Assembly: GCF_030684315.1 (NCBI RefSeq)
Contig: NC_081372.1
Coordinates: 26,758,095-26,822,094 of the forward strand
Direction: 5' to 3'
Origin: Stegostoma tigrinum
Lineage: Eukaryota
Length of the DNA stretch: 64,000 nucleotides
Below are positions 42,110 to 55,160 of the stretch, piece by piece. Numbering within the stretch: position 1 is the stretch's first letter; each line of letters begins with the position of its first letter. Position numbers and translations under genes: made by a program. The notes beneath the pieces are model-generated. The model was not told where the DNA came from, did no database searches, and was given only the letters and a program-made list of their open reading frames with translations.

Positions 42110-42630
42110 CATTTAAGATCTCCTTCAATAAGAGCAGAAGAAAGGAGGTAGAAGCCATATAGCCCCATGAGCAGCTCGTCCAATTCAATATGATCACAGC
42201 CAATCAGATTCTGGTCACAACTCTACTTCATGCCAGTCCTTTCCCCACCCCATACCATTTAGTTGTAAAAAAAATTGAATTGATTCAACCTAATACAGCA
42301 CTTCAACCTTCACAGGCCTCCGGACTCAAAATTCATGACCCTCAGAAAACATCTCTCCTCATCTTCATGTTAACAAGAAATTCTTTATTTTGAAACTGTG
42401 CCGCTTAGCTCCATTTCTCCCGGAGGGAAATACCTTCTCAGCATTACCAAATCAGGCCCACTCAGTCATCTGTTCCAGAAAGACTACCTCTCATTTTCTA
42501 AATTCCAAAAGGAATACAGGCTCACTCTGCTCAAATAATTGCTCATAAAACAGCCTCATCTTCCCAGGAATCAACGTAGGGAATCTCCTCTCACTTGCTT
42601 TCAAACTGAGCAAACCCTTCCTTAAATAAA
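42110..42630 (-). mobile_element. Old CR1 3' fragment
   Basis: aggaggtagaagccatatagccc...caattcaatatgatcacagc 3' UTR pattern and degenerate LIPG..R.FYEQL remnants. Confidence 0.55.
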
Positions 42631-44276
42631 AGGAGACTATGTTCCAGATTTTGCCATCCTTATACTGAACAAATCTGCCTATACTGGCCAGAAATAAATT
42701 CCCAGCAAATTCCTGCTGCTGGTGTTTTGACCAGTGTCGGATGTGTGACAGTTGACAAACTTAGCTGCATACAAAGACATTTTTTTTGGGATCAGTCTTA
42801 AATGCTTGCCACAACATGTAATTTCTTGCAGTTTGAAAACTTCATGGAAAATGGTGGGTTCCTGCAGTTTGAGTAAAACAATGTCTGGTCACCTGATCAG
42901 TCAACTTCAAAAGTTTTATTGTCTTTAGTTCTGGAGGGTTTATTTGACTGCGTAGAAACGTCATCATCAACAACTGAATTAGTTCAAAACCCTGTTAGTG
43001 GATTTAACTCAGCAGGAATTATTTACATGCCTGTCAAGGGGACAGGATATGGCTTCGTAAAATGGTTATAAAACTGTCAATAGGATTATGTTTCTTCAAA
43101 GTTGGTTTTAAATGGTTGTTACTTCATTCTGACAGTTTTATGAGCCATTAAAAGTAATATTCTATTTGAGTTAGATTTGAATAGATGATCATTTATTTTG
43201 ACAAATTTCACAAGCATTTCAAAGTCTTCCGCTAATATCAGACTCAAGTTTATTTCACAGTGGATTCTGTCTCCAAACTCATCCAACGAGGAATGTGAAA
43301 GGGTGTCGTTCACGAGGAGGGCGGCTAGCAGTTCCAACACTCAAAATAGAACTGGGCTTATCTCTAATTAACTGGAGTTAGGCCTCCTAACCTATTGGTC
43401 TGGTATCTGCCTGTTGTCATTTTCTACTCAGATTTGCTTTACAATGTGGAAGGACTCTCTCCAGCCTGGCTCCCAATTCTCCAGGGGACAAAAAAAAGTT
43501 TGCTATTGGGTTTACACGACACAAAGGAACTGGCCATTAGAAAGTATAATAATGCTGGCACAAAATCTATAAAACACTCTAGGTGTGGCCCCACCAGGGT
43601 CCTAATGCTTATGACTGGAGCATAGTACAAGTTGATTCTTCCGTTAAACTAAAGGCAAGTTTCCACTGTAAAGCTGATAAGGAAACTCAAGACATGAACT
43701 ACAGACAGCCAATCAGATGCTCTTTTCAGAACAGATGTGATGGAAAAGTTACAAGTGAGGTTACGTTGCTCACCATTCTACTTGCAAGGTGGTCCTGGTG
43801 GGTGTGTGTTTGGTTAAAGCCATGCAGAAATTCTTGTTGTAATCAATCATTTCTATTCATGGACAAACACTGTATATTCCAAAATGCACATCTGTTTCTC
43901 TCAAGAAAGAATTGGGAAGGTTTTTTTTCCCAAATATGCATCTTTTGCACGATAAATATTTGGCCGAAGTTTTCGTATCAAGTACAGATATAGAAATGAA
44001 CACAGACACCAGAATTACAAACAACTTACATTGTTTAGTTAAAGCATTCTGAAAGTGAATAATTCGCAGCACAAATATTTCAAAATGTCTTCCTTTTTAT
44101 TCACTTTATGCTGCAGTAGCAAAGCTGTGCATTTTTGATAAATGACAGGTTTATTCAATTTTTAGTATAACAAGCAGGTTCCAGCCAGGAGGGGCTTAGA
44201 CCTGTGCACTAAGCTAACTTACCACCACACATGCACAGTCCCTTTATGTTTACCATTAGCCATCTTCACTAAGGAA

Positions 44277-44409
44277 TTCCTCTGATGAAGGGTCCAGGCC
44301 CGAAACGTCAGCTTTTGTGCTCCTGAGATGCTGCTTGGCCTGCTGTGTTCATCCAGCCTCACATTTTATTATCTTGGAATCTCCAGCATCTGCAGTTCCC
44401 ATTATCTCT
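44277..44409 (+). mobile_element. Young solo Penelope pLTR fragment starting at the hammerhead motif, 14-bp TSD
   Basis: Nearly identical to 53255-53384; TSD tcttcactaaggaa at 44263-44276 and 44407-44420. Confidence 0.92.
44280..44311 (+). ncRNA. Minimal type-I hammerhead ribozyme motif (PLE-associated)
   Basis: ct-CTGATGA-a-GGGT-ccag-GCCC-GAAA-cg-TC-ag: intact core, short stem II, palindromic ACGT stem-III remnant typical of PLE hammerheads; activity not demonstrated. Confidence 0.7.
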
Positions 44410-46489
44410 TCACTAAGGAACAGCTGTTTACAAATGCCTTTTCCGTTTCCGGCAGGGTGAACTCCTCATCCTCAAAATTCAGCTTTCACCTTTCCACATT
44501 CTCTGGATTGACCTTCTCTTTGTTATGATGTACATTAGAAAATCTTTAGTCAAATCATACCCACTTATCTTTCCACATGTGACGTAGAGCAGAACACATT
44601 GGTAACAAACAAAACTATCTGCATACTCCCAAATTGCTAAATTTGTTTCCTAACAAAATATACAAAGCACAACTAAGGATTTCATTTCAACGGTGATTTA
44701 TTTTAATACACTGACACCCAGCAACAGAACGTCACTCTACCTGCTCTTAAAAAACCCAAATTCTCCATTGCCTGGTACATTTTGTATGAACCAACCATCA
44801 TAGGCCTCCCTATCCAAACTGCCACACAAAATGTGCAACACATTACAGATTACGTTTACTGACTTCAAACCTCAACTGTGTAATTTTAGTAAAATATTTC
44901 TCGGAAGTAGGAAGAGAGGATGGTGGAATACAATATGCCTTACCTCTCAGACAACGTTTTCAGCTGCAAAGAGTTTGATGAATTTTGTACCATCTCTAAT
45001 AGTTGAGTCCTGAAGATGACTAGTGGTCTACGGTTCATCTTTATAGAGCTTCAGCTATGTCAGTGTGATGAAAGATATTATTTTGGAAGTTGGATTTTAA
45101 ATTAGCAGCGCATTATGGTCAGTTCCCAGAAGACATACAAGAAAAGAAAAGCGTAAAACAGGCATTTGGATAGTGACCCAAGTGTTTAATCGGTAGGGAA
45201 GCATGCATGACTGCGATCAAGTGCCTGGTACAGCCCCTGCAGTGTTAATGGATAAGATATTTATACTGTTGAGATTATGGAAAGCCAAGTAAGCCATTCA
45301 TTCTGTTCACTTCACAATCAATTGTTCATTTAAAAAGGAGGGGAATTTGTTTTCTTAGTAGCAGAATTAGTTTCTTCCAGGGGAATCTTTCACCTCAAAA
45401 GTGTTTTCCAGTTTCTGGAACCTGTAATTCAAGCTCCCCTGGCTTGGAGATCTTTAGGTTGTTAAAAATGAGAAAGCTTAGATTTTTGGAATGGAGAGAG
45501 AGAATTGCATGCCAGTTGACCGAGGAAAGGAACTATAAAAATTGTTTCCAACACAGAAAAGGAACTAAGTTCTTAGAGAGGAGACAGGAGCTTAACTTTT
45601 CTAGACAGGCATCTTTAGTGTTAGGAGACTACCATTTGTGGAACACATTGTTAAAATCTTTGTCTAAAATAAAGACTATTTTTAAAAATGTGTGTTTAGG
45701 ACACATCCTCAATTGCCTTGCGTGTCATCTGCATATTACAATCCATTAAACATGTTCTGCACGTTCTCTTCCAATATTTTGAACAAACGGATAGAATCAC
45801 CTGATACTTGCTTTGTAACATTGGGAAATGGATCTTTGATCAACTTGCAACCCATTCCACACCTGTAGTTCGAATAAGCTTCAAAAAAGATTACCTTTTT
45901 TAAATTGGATCCATGCATAGAATCTACAATCTGATTCAATTCCTTCAGTTGATGGCGGTCATAACGAGGCATCTGCTAAGATCAGCCTTTCATCTACTAC
46001 ATTAGAAATCATTACAAGAGATCTGCAGACTAAATCTTTTCATTTTAAGATGCAATTAGCTTCCTGGTAGTTGAGATATAAATGCCTACATTCATTTTTG
46101 GTGAGTAAAGGTATCTATGATGCACAATTTATGTACAATTGTGTTACCCCTAATTAGTTACTTAAATTACAATGCTATTAGAACAGACAGTATCAATCAC
46201 TAAGGTTACTGTATTATTAATTCAAAAGGCTTAGATGAATCACCTAGAGAGAAGAACTGTAAATCTCACACAGTAGCAGCTAAGCTGAATTTACATTATC
46301 AAAGGAAATAACAGCCTGGTTTTAAAAAAGTGACCACGAAGCTGCGGCATTTTTTTTGGTAGAAAAGTACTGACTAGTTGAAAAATGTACTGACAAAAAA
46401 CATGTAGGCCAGTTTAACCTATCAGTAACTCAAATCTCACAACATTTATACAAGAGATTTGGTTGGGAACTTACTAACCATACTATTGT

Positions 46490-47412
46490 ATATATTTGCA
46501 GATAACACCAATACTGGAGGTGTAGTGGACAGAAATAGTTACCTCAGAGTACAAAGGGATGTTGATCAGATGGGCCAATGGGCTGAAAAGTGGCAGATGA
46601 AGTTTAATTTAGATAAACGTGAGATGCTGCATTTTGGAAAATCAAATCACGGCAGGACTTATACATTTACTGGCAAGGTCTGGGGGAACTATTGTTGAGC
46701 AATGAGACCTTGGAAAGTAGGTTCACCAGTTCCTTGAAAGTGGAGTCGCACACAGATAGGATAGTGAAGGCAGCAGTTGGTATGCTTGCCTTTATTGGTC
46801 AGTGCATTAAGTATAGGAGCTGGGAGGTCATGTTGTGGCTGTACAGAATATTGGTTAGGTCATTTTTGGAATTACTGCATGCAATTCTGGTCTCACCCCT
46901 ATAGGAAAGATATTGTGAGCCTTGAAAGGGTTCAGGAAAGATTTGCAAAGATGTTGCCAGGGTTGGAGGGTTGGAGCTGTAGGGAGAGGCTGAATAGACT
47001 GGGGATATTTTCCCTGGAGTGTTGAAGGCTGGGGGGGTGACCTTATAGAAGTTTATAAGTTCATGCGATGCATGGATATGATGAATAGACAAGGTCTTTT
47101 CCCTGGAGTGGGGGAATACAAAACAAGATGGCATAGGTTTAAGGTGCGAGGGAAAAGGTTTAAAAAAGGGACCCAAGGAGCAATGTTTTCACACAAAGTG
47201 GGGACCGCGTATTGAATGAGCTGCCAGAGGAAGTGGTGGAGGCTGGTACAATTACAACATTTAAAAGGCATCTGGACGGGTATATGAATTGGAAGGGTTT
47301 AAAATGGATATGGGTCAAATGCTGGCAAATGGGACTAGATTAATTTAGGATATCTGGTCAGCATGGATGAGTTCCACTGAAGGGTCCATTTCCATGCTGT
47401 ACAGTTCTATGA
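46490..47412 (+). mobile_element. CR1-type LINE 3' ~0.9 kb fragment
   Basis: FADNTNTGGVVD...LQRDVDQMGQWAEKWQMKFNLDK; YCMQFWS.PYRKDI..LERVQ.RF.KMLPGLE; ends ttctatgact. Confidence 0.9.
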
Positions 47413-49283
47413 CTTGATGAACATGATTATCTCTCAGCTGTTCTTTTGAGGCAGCTTAACAAGCCTCTTTTTTTCCAAATCATAATGAAGCATATCATAT
47501 GGGTGGCACTTTATTGTCTTAGTAACAATTACAGTCACTTGGAGATATAGCACTGTGGCTTAACTTTCTAAAGTTCATTAAGCCAAATGTGTAAATACAA
47601 AAATTGATAGCACAAATTAATAATGTAGGACCTATATGACTCCACTGCAATTTGAAAGCTTTTGATTTAAAGATCAATTGAATTTGAAAATTGAAGAAAA
47701 GAAGTAGAATATTCCTACTGAACCAACCAATCTCTCCTTGGTGATAATACAGCAAATAAGAAATTTTAATAACAAAAAGTGGTGGAAGTACAAGCATGTA
47801 CAATTCTGAACATTTGCTTATTTGCTATTACTACTCAGCTGGAAACAAAACTACAAATTTGATCCACGTCTTTCCCACTTCTTGCCCCTCCTCCAGAATA
47901 ATCTCCGTATTGCACATTTGTAATTTTACAATGGGACTTGAATCTACTGAAACTTCATTTGCCTCCAAGAGAGTGTAAAACAGCACAGCTGAGAATATTC
48001 TCCTACAATCCACAGTAGTTTAGGAGTAAACATTCAGTCAGCACAGTTAAGTACATTACTGATCCTACAGTTAGTGATTTGTTGACTGCTTTTAAAAGGA
48101 AACAGCACAACTGCAACTTTTACCAGTTTTAAATTATTAATAGAGTAGAAACCAAACAAAAATAGTGTGTCCAATAATGACAGTCATTGCCAGTTTTGTT
48201 AGTGAGACATTCACATCAACATGCACTTCAGCGCACAGTTTGGGTGGCCAGCTTCAGCTCTAAAGTAGCATGTTCATTTTACAGCCAGAAAGTGGAGTGT
48301 TAATTCCCACTCCATTGGCATGATTTAGGTTGATAAAGTACTGGGACATAGATGGCTGCTTCAACAGCACGCCCCTAGCTGAATCAGAACGCGAGTAGAG
48401 CACAAAGTTCACAAACGAGCAAGTATTATTGTCCTCAAGAATGACATATTAGGGGACGGTTGTGGGAAGAGTAAGAGAAGGGAAGAAAATAAAAACTACA
48501 ATTTCATCACTAAGTCCACAAAAACGCTGAGGAAAGCTTGCTTCATATTGTACAACTTTGGCAGTGAAGTGCAATGCCGGTCCCTCCAAAAGATACCAAC
48601 TGTCTGCAGACAATTTACATTAATGAAGGAAAGTAATATCAAAAACGAGGGAGGTGAAGTTCCATAAGGGTCCTGCTGCTTGTTCACCAACTTTGGTGGG
48701 AACATCGCAAAAATCCCAGGAAAGCAGAGCCGGTTATTTCTATAGTTTCCAAAGTTCAAAAAGTGAATATACTTCATGACTTACAGTCACGTGCATCACT
48801 AGAACAAATTACTGGCTCAGGAACTGGGTGTACATTTTGTGCAGATGTTTAATAGGGAGCCAGACAGGTTTCTAGAAGCTAACATTGCTCTCAATGTCTG
48901 CAGCCTAATTTTTTTTCTTGAGCCTCTACAAAGACTCAAAAAGCAAAAATAAAAACAAACAATCACTCAAGGATCAGTTGAAATATTTGTCATACACGTC
49001 AACAAATTCAAATGAAAGCCTTTTGTCTAGTTCATTTTGTAACCTATTGCTCAAACTCTCCTTCAATTGCCTCACTTTTAACTTAAAAAAAATTAGGCTA
49101 ACTCGAGTTCTCTAACTGACTTTGTTGCAATAGACCAGGGAAGGAACTAATGCAATGAACCAGATTACGTTCCCATTGAGAGAGAAAAACTGATCATTTG
49201 CAATCTGTACCGCTGATCTATGACATATTTCATACTGTCACACATAAATGGTGCCATACCCATTTGGTAAGTACAAAGAGGCC

Positions 49284-49655
49284 AATATAAAAGTAATTGG
49301 CTAGAATTCATCTAGAAGCTTGATGCCCTGCTGAAAGCGGGTCCTTGTGGGCTGGTGGAAGGGTCATTGGCCTTCTGTGGCTGCCAGCAGCTTCAGTACC
49401 ACCTCTGAGAGAGGCGCCAATGTTGAGGTTTGAGACAGAAAGAGGCTCTTAAGTACTGGGGTGGCCCTGAAGCAATACAAAAAGAAAAGAGAGTGTCTCC
49501 TTTCCAACTACTACCAAGACCATGCACAATAAATTGTTAACTGCTGGCAGCCGCAGAGGGCCAATGACCCTTCTACCAGCCCACAAGGACCCGCTTTCAG
49601 CAGGGCAGCAAGGCATCAAACTTAGTGATAAATTCTAGCGAAATACTTTTATATT
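49284..49655. repeat. Inverted repeat, arms 49284-49390 and 49541-49655, spacer about 150 bp
   Basis: gccctgctgaaagcgggtccttgtgggctggtggaagggtcattggccttctgtggctgccagcag versus ctgctggcagccgcagagggccaatgacccttctaccagcccacaaggacccgctttcagcagggc; outer ends aatataaaagta/tacttttatatt. Confidence 0.95.
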
Positions 49656-49752
49656 CTTCAGAAGAAGGGTCCCAATCCGAAACGTCAAGCTTTCCTGCTC
49701 CTCTGAAGCTGCTTGGCCCACTGTGTTCATCCAGCTTCACACTGTGTTATCT
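49656..49752 (+). mobile_element. Penelope pLTR fragment starting at the hammerhead motif
   Basis: ttcagaagaagggtcccaatccgaaacgtcaagctttcctgctcctctga.gctgcttggcc..ctgtgttcatccagc. Confidence 0.88.
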
Positions 49753-50374
49753 TTGAAAATGGCCCATGATTGGTTCAATTGCCCATTTACTTCTTCATGG
49801 TACATGGCTATACTGCTCAGGTACCCGCTGTTGGTAATGAGCACTTATCTTTCTGCTGCCATTGGACTCCTTCTGAATACAATTGTCAAAGGTCTCTCAC
49901 CTCCCATCAAGTTTCCAGAGAGCTGGTAAATGCTAGCCTCATGTTTGTAAAGCAGATTAAAAGCCATTCGGTCAGTGGAGATTTTTATTCATAATATCTT
50001 TCTGGAATGCAATTAGTTTTCTGCCAAAACATTGGCCATGAGGAACTGTAGTGACACTATTGTTCATAACTTTTCCTACTAACATGCCATTTGCTGACCA
50101 TCTTGCTGTCTGCAAACTTGTCAGAAGCCAGTCTGAATAACAGTAGGATTCGTTACTAAAGTTCCATTGCATGATTAGTAAGGGTTCTAGAAAGGTTTTT
50201 CAGTAATTATACTGGATCCCAAAGTCCAGTAACTAGATTATTTTGAAACAGTGGTATCTTTGATGCATTTATCCAGGAACACTTAGTTAAATGACTCTAC
50301 CCTTGGCATTTGAACTGAAGTTCCCCACTCTCACCTTCAGGCTGCTGGAAGTCTGCTTTCTTCAGTCAAAGGGG

Positions 50375-51360
50375 TTAGAGGATAGGTTTATTGACTGGGC
50401 AAAAAACTTGGCAGATGGAATGTAATTTGGGAAAATGTGAGGATATGCACTTTACCAAGAAGAATAAGACAAGTGAGTACTATTTAAAGGGAGAGATACT
50501 GTAGAAAGCTGCAGAGGGGATTTGGGGTTCTAATGCATGAATCACAAATACATTAGTATCCAAGTTCAGAGGGTAATAGAGAAGGGAAATAGAAATGTTG
50601 GCTTTTATTTCAAAGGAACAGAGAATAAAATAGGGACGTCATACTAAAGCCGTAAAAGGTAAGATTGACAGTTTGAGCAGACCATACCTCTGGTAAGGGG
50701 CAAGGATGAGAAGGCATGACTTTCATGGTAAGATCAGCTGTATGGGAATCAAGCATGCACCATAAACTAGCCATCCAGCTAACTAATGTAGAAACATACA
50801 AAGCACTGGTCAGGCTACAGCTGGGACACGAGTCTGCACCATCATCCCAGGAAATATATTTACATGACAGGCAGTCCAAAAGAAGGTTCACTAGTTTGAT
50901 CCCTGGTATGGAGGGCCTTACTTATGAGATGTGGTTGAGTAGGTTAGTTCTCTACTCATTTGAAGGTGAAAGAGAATGAGATGGGATCTCATTGATACAT
51001 AAAAATCTTAGAGGGCTTGATAGGGTAGGCAGAGAGAATGTCTCCCCTTGTGGGAGAGTCGAGGACCAGAAAGCATAATCTCAGGAAGGAGCCCCCTGTT
51101 TAGAGAGATGAGAAAGCTTTTTGTTTTCCCTTTCAGACAGTGGTGAATCTGAAATTCTTTACCACAGAGGCCCATTAAGACTGGGTTGTAAATATATGCC
51201 AGGCTGAGATGGACTGACTTTTAATTGATAAGGGAATCAAGGGAAATGGGGATAAAGGCAGCACAGTAAAATTGAGAATGATCAAACTAACCATGATTTC
51301 ACTGAATGAAGTGGACTCGATGGACTGAATGGCCTACTCTGCTCCTACATCTTATGGTCT
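50375..51360 (+). mobile_element. Old CR1 3' fragment with nested SINE
   Basis: DWAK.WQMECNLGKCEDMHF; YKALVRLQL; RRFTSLIPGMEGLTYE..LSRL.LYS; ends gaatggcctactctgctcctacatcttatggtctt. Confidence 0.85.
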
Positions 51361-52595
51361 TGGTGTCATCTGAGATTAGTTCTTTTGGCCTAATTGATTT
51401 GGCTCAATTACAATGTCATGTAAATGCTGTGAATGAGACTCATTTTATGTTAAACATTGCTGATTAATGTGTGGCAGCAAGACTCTTGGCTGATATCTTG
51501 CACAGAGAATGGAGGCTATTTATAGGCAACAACTGCAACATTGTTAGAGATAATAGCAGAATAGACTTAAAGAAACTTGGAAAAAATATCTAAAATGAAG
51601 AAATGATTAGATTGTGTACAAAGAGATAAATATTAGCCTCTTTCAAGAGCCAGTCTGGGCTATTTTTTTATCATTTGCAAAATGCATCCGTTGAGTTAGA
51701 CAAAAATCCACAATTTGTTCCAGCAATGCATGTTCACCAGCGATTAACAAAACTGATAAGTGTGAACTGTTAGCGGCAGTTTTTACTGTAGAAAAAGACA
51801 GCGATCAACATGTGGAATGATCATCGTGTAAAGCCAGTAGAAACAGAAGATCAAGAATCTGTAGACATTATATGATTGGAGAAGGAAAGGAGAGAGAAGC
51901 ATTTCTATGGAAAGAATAGATCCCAATCTGGATTCAAGCTGGTTGGTCAAACAGAAAACTAAAACATTTTATTGCAGAGAGTTTATTAACTATCTTACTT
52001 TTGTTTTTATAGATTCCCATTTTAATGCAGTTTTCCACTGAACCCATTGAAAAGTTTACCTTCAATTGGTCTTTGAGATATTTTCTAAATCAGTCTGTTC
52101 AGAGATGCTATTATGTACCTCTGGAGCAGACAGGACTTTAACTCAGGCCCTCTGTCCCAAAGGTAAAGACCCAATCAGCACACCACAACAGCCCCTACTA
52201 CTCAGTTTTACAGCTTCAAACACTCATTAAAAAAGGAGGTGACAGGCAGGAGTTCAAAAATATCCAAAAGTGCACTTACATGACTGACCTCCCCAACCCC
52301 ATCATCCATGTCACTTCCCTTTATATCTACACAAGTGAATTAATCAATGAGCTGCAATAACCTACTCAGCTACTTGCTACATTAATAATAGATGCACCAA
52401 ATAGTCAGCCTCATCAATGCTTCATTTTCAAGTATATATCTACCTGCAGTTCAGAGGCTCACAGCTCAAGTCATCTTTGTGCAGAAGACTATAGTGATCC
52501 TGAGATGCTGTTGATGAACCAATCACTGGGGGTTTCAATACATCTTTGCTTCATCTCCAAATGTTGATTGGTCATGCCAGATACAGATGGGAGTA

Positions 52596-53384
52596 TATGT
52601 GGTACATGTGGTATACTGCATCCATTGTACCCGGTGCGGCTTCCTCTACATTGGGGAAACCAAGCGGAGGCTTGGAGACCGCTTTGCAGAACACCTCCGC
52701 TCAGTTCGCAACAAACAACTGCACCTCCCAGTCGCAAACCATTTCCACTCCCCCTCCCATTCTCTAGATGACATGTCCATCATGGGCCTCCTGCACTGCC
52801 ACAATGATGCCACCCGAAGGTTGCAGGAACAGCAACTCATATTCTGCCTGGGAACCCTGCAGCCTAATGGTATCAATGTGGACTTCACCAGTTTCAAAAT
52901 CTCCCCTTCCCCTACTGCATCCCTAAACCAGCCCAGTTCGTCCCCTCCCCTCACTGCACCACACAACCAGCCCAGCTCCCCCCCCCCCCACCCACTGCAT
53001 CCCAAAACCAGTCCAACCTGTCTCTGCCTCCCTAACCGGTTCTTCCTCTCACCCATCCCTTCCTCCCACCACAAGCCGCACCCCCATCTACCTACTAACC
53101 TCATCCCACCTCCTCGACCTGTCCGTCTTCCCTGGACTGACCTATCCCCTACCTCCCCACCTATACTCTCTCCACCTATCTTCTTTACTCTCCATCTTCG
53201 GTCCACCTCCCCCTCTCTCCCTATTTATTCCAGTTTCCTCTCCCCACCCCCCTCTCTGATGAAGGGTCTAGGCCCGAAACATCAGCTTTTGTGCTCCTGA
53301 GATGCTGCTTGGCCTGCTGTGTTCATCCAGCCTCACATTTTATTATCTTGGAATTCTCCAGCATCTGCAGTTCCCATTATCTCT
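52596..53384 (+). mobile_element. Young 5'-truncated Penelope-like element: GIY-YIG endonuclease coding end + pLTR, 16-bp TSD
   Basis: Open frame VVYCIHCTRCGFLYIGETKRRLGDRFAEHLRSV...PVANHF...EQQLIFCLGTLQPNGIN; hammerhead ctgatga...gaaacatc at 53256-53283; TSD gatacagatgggagta at 52580-52595 and 53385-53400. Confidence 0.95.
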
Positions 53385-54388
53385 GATACAGATGGGAGTA
53401 GTCCGGATGAGAAGGCTACAAAAGTAGAAGACTAAGCAAGGCAACATGGGGAATGTTGAGATCGGAAATAACAAAGGCATGGATGAGAGTATTTCAGCAA
53501 ATGAGCTAGGGTAGGGAGGATTGTTGGAAGTGGAAACAGGGTATTTAAGTAACGGCAACATACAAAGGATGACACTTTGGAGATGTGTAGACTATACAAC
53601 GCATAGCAAAATGGACATCCACGTTGCATGATGGGGATATACCACAAGAAACAGCGTCATGGTAATCTTATAGATGATTGCATCAAAAGTCTTAAGGTAG
53701 CACTGCTAGTAGGAATTATACACTTTTAGAAACCAGCTTTTTGCTGACTGTGACATGGTTCCAGCCCTGAAATAGCATCACATCCCCAGTTCCTTTCCAG
53801 ATCTTAGAACAAAGGCGATTTCCCAGTTTGAGGCAAATTTAGCTAAACTGTATGCAATGTGTTCCCCTTGATAGCTCCCTTCATTTTACAAGTTACACCA
53901 CAACAGCAACAACATTTCACTTCCCAAAAATCAAGTATTTCATGTCAAGGTCAGTTTTCAGACAGATAACGTATTAATACCGTCAAAATGTAACAGGATA
54001 CAGAATATAAATCGGAACAAGATGAACTGATACTGATAGTTCATCAAAATAAAACAAATTTGAATTTATGTAGTGATCACTAATAATGAAATACTTCTAA
54101 AAAGAGTCACTACCATTGAAGGAAAAAGGGTGTTTAATTTGCACGTTGGTGGAGTGTAAGGACAGCAATGTTCAGATAGTCTATTTTAGAACTGGGGTTG
54201 CTAAGGGGCAGACATTGCCAACAACAGACAAAGAACCTCCTAATTCTGCAACTAATAGGCATTTTAAAAAAAAATCTACTATCAGCGCAAGGTAGGCCTT
54301 TAAGATGTCATTTAAAATTTAAAATACTCAAAGTGCAACACTCCCTCAGTATTGCATTGAATTATCAGCCGTGATCAGATGCTGAAGT

Positions 54389-55160
54389 CTCTGCAGAGTT
54401 TGCAAATCCTGCAGGCGGCTGGGGAGAAGACAGACATTGCGGAGCGTTCGCTGAAACTGTAGGTGGAATTTAACAAAATTAATTCATTTAATCACCTAAA
54501 ATATTATAAAGGAGTGTTCCAGTCGTAAGCATCAGTTCCAGAACTGTGCTGCAGTGTTTTTCCTTCGTGTAGCCAATTTTAGTCATTTTCGCACCGACTG
54601 ACCTAATTTCCTTGAGCTTGATAAACATGGCAAGATTGATTTTTCTTTAAATTCACATGATATAAACGACGGCTTATAGTCTGTATGGAAATTGAACAAC
54701 TGCTGCCATTGTTGGCCATTACATGTAGCCCACGAGCATCTTCCCGGCTGAGTCCAAAGTACAAACCGAAAGAACCATCGACGCTGAAAATCAGGGACAA
54801 AAACATAAGTTTCTGGCAAAGCTCAGCAGGTCTGGCAGTATCTGTGAAGAAAAAAAACAGTTAACATTTCAGGTCAGGTGACCCTTCCTCAGAAGTGAGA
54901 AGCTTGAGAAATTAGGTCAGTCTGTGAGAAAATAACTAAAATTGGCAATATGAAGGAAAAACACCACAGGCACAGTACTGGAACTGATGTTTATGATTGG
55001 AACAATCCTTATTATATTTTAGGTGTTAAATTAATTAATTTGGTGTTAAATTTCATTTAACAGTTTCAGCAAAAGCTCCAAACTCTTCAATCTTTGCAAT
55101 ATCTTAATTCACACCCCCTCACCCCAGCAGGTGCCTGCGGGGGCTGGAAACTCAGTGGAG
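54389..55160. repeat. Inverted repeat of non-TE-looking DNA, arms about 54389-54619 and 54900-55160
   Basis: Reverse complement of left arm aagctcaaggaaattaggtcagtcggtgcgaaaatgactaaaattggctacacgaaggaaaaacac...ggaactgatgcttacgactggaaca aligns to aagcttgagaaattaggtcagtctgtgagaaaataactaaaattggcaatatgaaggaaaaacac...ggaactgatgtttatgattggaaca. Confidence 0.92.

Noticed and set aside
43300-43810. Alternative promoter from a GC box (about 43315) and cagccaatcag CCAAT box (about 43706)
   Set aside because: Motifs are about 400 bp apart, CpG density is low, and I found no convincing downstream donor.
52646-53206. 186-aa minus-strand ORF and the Pro-rich tail of the 237-aa plus ORF as novel proteins
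   Set aside because: Antisense and read-through frames of the PLE C-rich tract; the 237-aa ORF's start codon comes from the TSD.
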